Positions 38,026 to 44,373 of a stretch of DNA of 44,373 bases are shown here, piece after piece. The stretch lies in assembly GCA_039683575.1 (NCBI GenBank), contig JBDKRC010000345.1:1-44373 (forward strand). Reading direction: 5' to 3'. Below the pieces are notes generated by a model. It worked only from the letters and a program-made list of their open reading frames with translations. It searched no databases and was not told the origin of the DNA. Each line of letters starts with the position of its first letter. The first letter of the stretch is position 1. Made by a program: the position numbers and the translations under genes. This stretch comes from Armatimonadia bacterium. Its GTDB lineage: Bacteria; Armatimonadota; Zipacnadia; Zipacnadales; UBA11051.

Positions 38026-38147
38026 GGCAGTCTCCTCTTGAGCTCAAGAATCTCGACTGCTCTAACGTTCGCTACCTCTATAAGAATATCCTCCGTAGCC
38101 GTGACCATGAGCTTCGAGGGCAGCAGACTGAGCCCTGTCGGCGGTGA

Positions 38148-40391
38148 TCACCGTGGCATCGTGAGCGTGCAGACGGTGCCCGCGCCGGGCGCCGAGTCGA
38201 TCTCCAGCCGTCCCCCCAGGTGAGCCAGGCTCTCTCGAATGCTGAAGAGCCCGAACCCGCCCTGCTCGTCGCCTACCCGCATCTCGTTGGGATTGAACCC
38301 CACGCCGTCATCCGCCACGCCGATGGTCGCCGCCTCGTCCGTACACGTCATCCAGATTCGCACCCTCTGGGCTTGCGCATACTTGACCACATTCGTCAGC
38401 AACTCCCGCACCGACCGGAACAATATCGTGTCCGTCTCACTGCTGAGGAGGCACTCCTCATCGCATTCGCATTCCACGGTCAGGCCATGCTTGCTGGCCA
38501 CTCGCTCTGCCTGCCATTTCAGCGCTGCTGCGAGACCGAACCGCTGCAGTACCGGCGGGCTGAGCTCTACCGTCAGGCCGCGCGTGAAGCTGATCGCCTC
38601 GTTGAGCAGCCCCTCGATCTCGGTCGCTGCCTCCCTGGTCGGTACGGCCGCTTCAGGCTGCCGGAGCGCCACCAGCTTCATCTTCATGAAGCCCAGCGTC
38701 TGGCAGAGATCGTCATGCAGTACCGTCGCCAGGCTAAGTCGCTGCTGCTCCTCGGTCATGGCCAGTTGAGCCGCCAACGCACGCAGGTCTTCCTCATGGC
38801 GCACCAGGTCGGCCTGAGCCGCACCATGAGCCAGCGCGATGGCGAGATTATCCGCCAGTTGCTCCAGTACCAGCAGAGTGCTCTCGGTGAAGACGCCCTT
38901 CCGCTTGTCGCACAGGTGCAGCAGCCCGAATGGCTCGTCGCGCAGTTTCAGCGGCACAATCGCGAGGGATTCGTAACCATGCTCAATACACCGGCCGCGG
39001 ATGCGCTCCGGCAGATCGCTCTTGTGATCGACCAGAAACTCCCTGCTGCTGTTGACGCAGAAGCTTCCATGGTCGGTGAGGTACTCCTTGTCGGAAGCCC
39101 GGCTATGACACAGCACACACCCGCACAGGCACTCAAGTGCCGGCTTGCCATCGGCGTCTCGCACCACCTCGCCCGTGTCATTGAAAGCACACAGGCTGTT
39201 CTCGGCCTCCAGAAGCTCCTCAGGATACCCTTCCGCGGCCAGGACCGGGAAAGTCTCACCGCGCCGGATGCGAACCGCCGCACCCTCACAACCGGTCCAC
39301 TGCCGCAGGTGCGAGACGAGCGCTGAGGCGAGAGCCTCCAGGTTCGGGGCCAGGTTCACCACCTGCAAGAGTTCGATGACTGCCTTCCTCTCCTCTTCCG
39401 CCCGCGTCCTTTCCGTCACATCGTTCAGACAGTAGAACAGGTAGTCCACCTCGCCGCGCTCATCCAGCACTGGTACCAGAGACCAGTCCCAGTACGTCAC
39501 ACCCCGTTCGGGGTTGTCCGCATAGACGAAGGGGCGCGCCTGAACGTGGTATGGCTGTCTGGACTGCACTACCTGCCGGAAGATGTCTTCAGCATCGGAG
39601 GGGTACAGGTCGAAGTGGTTGCGCCCTGGGAAGTCCTCAGGGTGTCTGCCATCTGCCGCGGCATAGGCCTCGTTGACCCGCAGGAAGTTGAAATCCCGGT
39701 CCAGGAGCGCCGTACAGGTGAGGCTGTTGTTGAAGAAAGTATCCAGCAGTTCGTGCTGCTTGGCCAGAGCTTCCGCTGCAGCCTTATGCTGAGCCGTCTC
39801 CCGCTCAAAGCGAGTATTCGTCTCACGCAGCTTCGCCGTCCGCTCCCGCACCAGTTCCTGCAGGTCATCGCGGTACCGTCGCAGTTCATCCTCGTTGCGC
39901 TTGCGGTCGGTGATGTCAAAGCCGACCTCAAGCACCAGTTGCGTCCCGTCCGCGTCCATGAAGGGGTAGTCGTAGACCTCGAAGACCGAGCCGGTGGGGG
40001 CAGTCCATTCCCACACGATGTCCGAGCCGGCCTCAAGGCAGCGGAAAGACTCGCAGTTGTCGCAGGGCTTCTCCCGGTTGAACAGGGCAGCATAGCAAGG
40101 CCTACCCTGCGGGTCGCCAAACTGCTCGATGAAGCTCCGGTTCACGAATCTGAACTGGTGGTCGGTGGTCAGTAGGCACACGTACCCAGGCAACATGCTC
40201 AGAACGGAAAAGAGCCGCTCCCGCTCCTGCTGCACCAATGTCAGCAATAGCTCTGCTCTCGTACCGGACAGTGCCTCTACGGCCTTGCCTGCTGGGCTCC
40301 CGCTGCGAAGCCGCTGCAGTTCAGCCTCGGCCTCCGCCAGTCGGGCTCGCAAACGAGCATTTTCAATCTTGAGATCATCATCGTGGCTCAT
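38148..40391 (-). CDS. Cytoplasmic PAS-PAS-GAF sensor histidine kinase (HisKA_3, NarX/UhpB-like)
   Basis: Two PAS/PAC segments, Cys-rich GAF, LHDDLCQ H-box, ELLTNVVKYA, DDGVGF, GFGLFSIRE, SAPGAGT. Start is ATG 40391 or GTG 40403. Confidence 0.9.
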   Translation of the reverse strand: MSHDDDLKIENARLRARLAEAEAELQRLRSGSPAGKAVEALSGTRAELLLTLVQQERERLFSVLSMLPGYVCLLTTDHQFRFVNRSFIEQFGDPQGRPCYAALFNREKPCDNCESFRCLEAGSDIVWEWTAPTGSVFEVYDYPFMDADGTQLVLEVGFDITDRKRNEDELRRYRDDLQELVRERTAKLRETNTRFERETAQHKAAAEALAKQHELLDTFFNNSLTCTALLDRDFNFLRVNEAYAAADGRHPEDFPGRNHFDLYPSDAEDIFRQVVQSRQPYHVQARPFVYADNPERGVTYWDWSLVPVLDERGEVDYLFYCLNDVTERTRAEEERKAVIELLQVVNLAPNLEALASALVSHLRQWTGCEGAAVRIRRGETFPVLAAEGYPEELLEAENSLCAFNDTGEVVRDADGKPALECLCGCVLCHSRASDKEYLTDHGSFCVNSSREFLVDHKSDLPERIRGRCIEHGYESLAIVPLKLRDEPFGLLHLCDKRKGVFTESTLLVLEQLADNLAIALAHGAAQADLVRHEEDLRALAAQLAMTEEQQRLSLATVLHDDLCQTLGFMKMKLVALRQPEAAVPTREAATEIEGLLNEAISFTRGLTVELSPPVLQRFGLAAALKWQAERVASKHGLTVECECDEECLLSSETDTILFRSVRELLTNVVKYAQAQRVRIWMTCTDEAATIGVADDGVGFNPNEMRVGDEQGGFGLFSIRESLAHLGGRLEIDSAPGAGTVCTLTMPR

Positions 40392-40525
40392 GGTAACCCC
40401 CACGGTGCCAGGCTATCCCTGGTCATACGCACCGGGATGGAGAAGATGCGACATAAGTGGACATGGTAAGAACAAACGAACAACGTCCACAGGTCCAGCC
40501 AGCTGTCCTTCCGACCCACTCCCGC

Positions 40526-40910
40526 GTAGTGCGGGCGTCTCGCCCGCACCCGCCGCACCGCAGTCCGGCGGTAGGGCCGTCGGGCTGCAGGGCGTAGCGA
40601 CGCCTGCGTCGCAGGGGGCTCGTACCCCGCCGGCCGTCATCACCGACCCGGCTGCATCGGCGGAGGGGCCGAGCTTCAGCCGGCCCGCCGTTATCACCGA
40701 CCAACAATCAATCGTGTAGTGCGGGCGTCTCGCCCGCCGGCCGTTGTCACCGACCAACCAACGCGTCCGCCGCTTCCTTTTGGACCAACCTGTACGAGCG
40801 ATCACTGATCGCGACCATCACCGACCAACAACTCGCCGCCCCGGCGGGGCCATCGCCTTTCGGAGGGGCCGAATGCGGACAGCCTCACCGTCCGCATCCG
40901 GCCCGCCGTT
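40526..40910 (+). repeat. Mosaic cluster of REP-like palindromes (BIME-like)
   Basis: GTAG/GGAG/GTAC-led palindromes at 40526, 40594-40635, 40662, 40716, 40792 and 40862, several followed by a (T)CACCGACC tail. Confidence 0.8.
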
Positions 40911-40957
40911 CCCCGGTAGCGCCAACGACGTACGACGACCGCCAGCTTCCTCCCCAC

Positions 40958-40992
40958 AAAAAGAAGGCGCGCCGCAAACGCGGCGCGCCTTC
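40958..40992 (-). terminator. Intrinsic terminator of the fucosidase gene
   Basis: AAAAA-GAAGGCGCGCCGC-AAAC-GCGGCGCGCCTTC. Confidence 0.85.
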
Positions 40993-41014
40993 GCATCACT
41001 GCCCCATGCCGTCG

Positions 41015-42748
41015 CTACTTCACCGGCTTGAGTGTCACCCCACGCAGGTCTAGTGACTTCTCCTTCTTCAACTTGTTCACCGTCAGCTTCAGCTTGTTGA
41101 CGCCCTTCTTCACCTTCACATTGCCGATGTTGCGGGACTTGAACTCCCCGCCCGTGGCCTTGGTGGTGAAGACGTGGTCTGGTGAACCGACGATGTCACC
41201 GTCACCGCTACTGAACGGCACGCCATTGGGCGCCATGCGCGGTGCTACCTTGCCGTTGAGCATGAGTTGCACCTCAGCCCCGCCCTGCCCGGCCTCCACT
41301 GCCTGGTCGAGCAGTACCTGGTAGACCCCGGCCTTGGGCGCGGTGAACTCCCACTCGATGCTGTCGGGCGGCCGGATCCAGTTGCCCGCATGGACGATCC
41401 CGTCGCGGCTCTCGTAGCGGATGCGCTGCCCGTGGGGCCCCTCGAGGTTGCCATACAGCGCCGGCAGACTGATGAGACCCTTGCTGTCCGCGCCGATGAC
41501 CACCGGCTCAACCACCGGCGCGCCGTCAAGCTCAACCACCAGCACGCTGGCGACCTTGTCCGTCGGCTTCTTGGGCAACTTGATCAGCCAGTCGGCCCCG
41601 TCGCGCTCGACCTCGAGCTTCGGCTTGCCCTTCTCGAGCAGGTACGCCTTCTTGATCTGGTTCGACAGGTTCGGCAGCCGCGCGATCTGATCGCCCGGCC
41701 ACTCGAAGACATGCACATACAGCTTGTCGCCCTTGGTGGTCACGCGGCCATAGAACGGCAGCAGGTTGAAGGGGCTCGCCGTGGTGCCATAGATCGCGTC
41801 GCTGTACTTGTCCATCCACTTGCCGATGGCGACCAGCCGGTCCACGAACTCCTTCTGGATCGTGCCATCGGGCTTGGGGCCGATGTTGAGCAGCAGGTTC
41901 CCGCCCTTTGACACAATGTCCACCAGCATCCGAATCAGGAACTCTGGGGTCTTGTAGACCTTCTCATACTTGTCATAGCCCCACCAATGCGAGGTCATGG
42001 TGATGCAGGCTTCCCACAGCACCGGGTTGCCATTCTCATCCTTGATGCCGGTCGGAGGAATGCGCTGCTCGGGGGTGGTGAGGTCCTCCTTGGTGAACAT
42101 GCGGTCATTGATCAGGATGTCCGGGTTGATCTTGCGGGCCATGGCATTGGTCTCCACGGCCGCGTACTCGTCCGGAGCGTTCATCCAGCCGCCGTCGTAC
42201 CACAGCACGAACGGGTCGCGGCTGACGATCTCCTTGATCTGCGCCTGCATGTACTTGACGAAGCGCTTGGGGTCAGCGCCCTCGGCCGGGCGGGTCTCCG
42301 CCTCCCACCCGAGGCGCGGCAGGTAGTCCGGATGGTGCCAGTCCATGACCGAGAAGTAATACCCCGCCCGCACACCCTTCTTCTCGAAGGCCTTGTGCAG
42401 CATGGCCAGCACGTCCTTGCCATAGGGGGTGTTGGTGATTTTGTAGTCCGTGGTCTTGGTGTCCCACATGCAGAATCCGTCGTGGTGCTTGGTGGTGAAG
42501 ACCATGTACTTCATGCCCGCGCGCTTGGCCAGTGCGGCCCACTCGTCGGGGTCGAACTTGGTGGGGTTGAACTTCGGCGGGAGCTTCACATACTCTTCTT
42601 CGGGGATCTGGCCGACGTTGCGAATCCACTCGCCCTTACCGAGCAGGGCATAGACTCCCCAGTGGATGAACATGCCGAACTTTACGTCTTTGAACCACTC
42701 GATTACGTCCTCGCGAGTCTGCTTCTTGACGGGCTTGGCCTTAGGCAT
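41015..42748 (-). CDS. Alpha-L-fucosidase (GH29) with C-terminal beta-sandwich/CBM-like domain
   Basis: KFGMFIHWG, TTKHHDGFCMW, LWYDG, INDR, WEAC, VSKGGNLLLNIGP motifs; no signal peptide. Confidence 0.93.
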   Translation of the reverse strand: MPKAKPVKKQTREDVIEWFKDVKFGMFIHWGVYALLGKGEWIRNVGQIPEEEYVKLPPKFNPTKFDPDEWAALAKRAGMKYMVFTTKHHDGFCMWDTKTTDYKITNTPYGKDVLAMLHKAFEKKGVRAGYYFSVMDWHHPDYLPRLGWEAETRPAEGADPKRFVKYMQAQIKEIVSRDPFVLWYDGGWMNAPDEYAAVETNAMARKINPDILINDRMFTKEDLTTPEQRIPPTGIKDENGNPVLWEACITMTSHWWGYDKYEKVYKTPEFLIRMLVDIVSKGGNLLLNIGPKPDGTIQKEFVDRLVAIGKWMDKYSDAIYGTTASPFNLLPFYGRVTTKGDKLYVHVFEWPGDQIARLPNLSNQIKKAYLLEKGKPKLEVERDGADWLIKLPKKPTDKVASVLVVELDGAPVVEPVVIGADSKGLISLPALYGNLEGPHGQRIRYESRDGIVHAGNWIRPPDSIEWEFTAPKAGVYQVLLDQAVEAGQGGAEVQLMLNGKVAPRMAPNGVPFSSGDGDIVGSPDHVFTTKATGGEFKSRNIGNVKVKKGVNKLKLTVNKLKKEKSLDLRGVTLKPVK

Positions 42749-42837
42749 TCGGCAGGTCCTCTGCCTTCTTGTATGATCAGATTTGGCTGAAAGTGCTCAA
42801 AAACGGGCTTCTGAAGCTGGTGGTGCACAACACGCCT

Positions 42838-43215
42838 AATTCGCTCAGACCCGCTGTGCGGGCCGCAGCGGCCTGTTTCCGCTATTCAATGAAAACTGCA
42901 AGTAGCGCTTGGGGCGGTTGAACAGGTGCAAAGGGCCCTGAGAGCCACGCAGCGGCCATTCTCCGCCATTTCGGCAATTGGCCTGTTCAGTTTGGCCGTT
43001 TTGGCGTGCCTCACGGCGGCTCGGTGGAAGAGGCAGCAGAGGCACCAGGATGCCGGGTTGAATTCGCTTCAGCGCGTCTGTACGGGCCGTAGCCAGGCGA
43101 TTCCGCTATTTAAGGAAAACTGCAAATAGTGCCCCAAAAGGCTTGCCAAACCCGCGCCAGATCGCTGATACACATCAAAATGGCCCTCACTGCCACGGAG
43201 AGGCCCTTTTCTGGC
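42838..43215. repeat. Degenerate tandem duplication, about 224-250 bp period
   Basis: Cores 42877-42905 and 43101-43129 match at 26/29 nt; flanking blocks are also similar. Confidence 0.7.
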
Positions 43216-43286
43216 GTTTTGCGTTCTGGCGATTAGCCCTGACGAACACGTTTTGTTCCAGCGATAGAGAGTGGTACGCGCCACAA

Positions 43287-43355
43287 TCGCGGTCTGGTGA
43301 CCGCTCCTACATGGTAGGTTTGTGGTAGGTCGTCGCGATCAGTGATCGCTCGTAC
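43287..43355 (-). repeat. Two REP-like palindromes, minus orientation
   Basis: GTAGGAGCGGTCACCAGACCGCGA (43310-43287) and GTACGAGCGATCACTGATCGCGAC (43355-43332). Confidence 0.75.
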
Positions 43356-43474
43356 AGGGCAGGTTATTGTAGGTTATTGAATGATGATGTGAAGCGACTG
43401 ATGATCGGCTGTGACGACTCGTGCTATTCGTCCTGTGACTCGAGTCTCCTTCACGAACGACTGCCACGCTCAAG

Positions 43475-43504
43475 AAAAAACCCCTGCCCAAGATGGGCAG
43501 GGGT
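43475..43504 (-). terminator. Intrinsic terminator of the prepilin-type gene
   Basis: Minus strand ACCCCTGCCCA-TCT-TGGGCAGGGG-TTTTTT. Confidence 0.85.
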
Positions 43505-43531
43505 CTGAGATTCGGGTACCCCGTGTCGAGG

Positions 43532-44125
43532 CTACCAGGACGTAGCGGCCAGGGTCTCGTCCAACTGGTTCAGCGTCATTTGAGTGCGCTTCTGCCACTT
43601 GGAGTGACCATCCGCATACGTGACATTGAAGCCGTCGTTGTGGCGGGACTCGACGCGGCCGGTCGGCTGCTCGGCAGTCATATTGGACTGCATCCATTCC
43701 CAACTGGAGTCCAGAACCACTACCACGTTAGCCGGGTACTGGATGGTGCCCAGGGCGCGGGCGTGGAGCCACGTGTTGTACGCAGTGGCCGCCTCGGCGC
43801 TGCGCTGGGAAGAGGGGCAGATGAAGATCTGCTGGCTCTTGATGTAGGGCGTGATGTCGTCCTGGTAGTTGGTGTACGTCCCGGTGTTGCACCACTCCCA
43901 CGGGTGCGGGGCGGCGGTGTCGTTCCACTGGCGAGGAAGGCGCTCGTCGTAGTCCTGGGCATAGCTAAGTACGCCAAGGCCAATCTGCTTGAAGTTTGAG
44001 AGGCAGCTAGACTGCCGGGCCTTCTCCCTGGCCTTGGCGAAGACCGGGAAAAGGATGGCTGCGAGGATGGCGATGATTGCGATCACGACCAACAACTCTA
44101 TAAGCGTGAAACCCTTCCGCATCAT
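43532..44125 (-). CDS. Prepilin-type N-terminal cleavage/methylation protein, DUF1559 / H-X9-DG family
   Basis: [41 protein letters not shown] and C-terminal [17 protein letters not shown]. Confidence 0.93.
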   Translation of the reverse strand: MMRKGFTLIELLVVIAIIAILAAILFPVFAKAREKARQSSCLSNFKQIGLGVLSYAQDYDERLPRQWNDTAAPHPWEWCNTGTYTNYQDDITPYIKSQQIFICPSSQRSAEAATAYNTWLHARALGTIQYPANVVVVLDSSWEWMQSNMTAEQPTGRVESRHNDGFNVTYADGHSKWQKRTQMTLNQLDETLAATSW

Positions 44126-44177
44126 GATCACTCCCTAATTGGGGCGTGTGCCGGCACAAGCCGGGCATCAGGGCCGG

Positions 44178-44252
44178 GGACAACGGCAGCGGGCGAGACG
44201 CCCGCACTACGCGACCTGGGATGTCGGTGACAACGGCAGCGGGCGGGACGCC
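44178..44252 (-). repeat. Two tandem REP-like copies, the second truncated
   Basis: GACAACGGCAGCGGGCG(A/G)GACGCC occurs twice; the first continues CGCACTAC, the second breaks off at about 44252. Confidence 0.75.
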
Positions 44253-44373
44253 AGTAGTGTCTCATAAAAACTTGGGGGAGAAAGAGGGGTGGGAGAGCTC
44301 CGGCAAGAAGTGATTGTTACCAGACAACCTTCTGTGGAGGCTCTCCCGATGGCTCATTTCTCCGCCCGCCGCG
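44252..44373 (+). mobile_element. Probable left end of an insertion sequence (IS4-like), with possible transposase start at ATG 44349
   Basis: Abrupt break of a REP at CAGTAGTGTCTCA; long hairpin 44291-44347 buries a GGAGG RBS before an ORF running off the window. The transposase itself is not visible. Confidence 0.45.

Noticed and set aside
40526-40910. CRISPR array
   Set aside because: Units belong to different palindrome families with irregular spacing; REP-like instead.
42750-43530. oriC, dif site or integron attC sites
   Set aside because: No DnaA boxes, XerC/D consensus or convincing attC core pairs were found by eye.

Overview
High-GC bacterial chromosomal window, most likely from an Armatimonadota-like diderm. 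This is an inference from the '[13 protein letters not shown]' prepilin/DUF1559 gene, a PEP-CTERM protein and an LptD-like gene. Left to right it contains: the end of a 2-oxoacid dehydrogenase E1-beta gene; an LptD-like gene; a secreted carbohydrate-active cluster (GH42-like, CBM9-like and unknown proteins); a lipoprotein; a PEP-CTERM protein; four tandem SdrD-B-repeat secreted proteins; aspS/hisS; several metal and phosphoesterase genes; the phoH-7TM-HD-ybeY-dgkA operon; an orphan PAS/GAF histidine kinase; a GH29 fucosidase; a prepilin-type gene; and probably the left end of an IS. The most striking feature is that SdrD-B paralogs 2-4 are complete duplicated transcription units. Each has a consensus sigma70 promoter and a ~280-nt conserved leader holding two sequence-related terminator-like hairpins, a 12-nt-period direct repeat and a covarying hairpin, which suggests an uncharacterised attenuation/antitermination RNA. 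The window also carries a mosaic of at least five REP-like palindrome families whose orientation flips near 41-43 kb. All calls come from reading the sequence by eye; no searches or folding programs were run.
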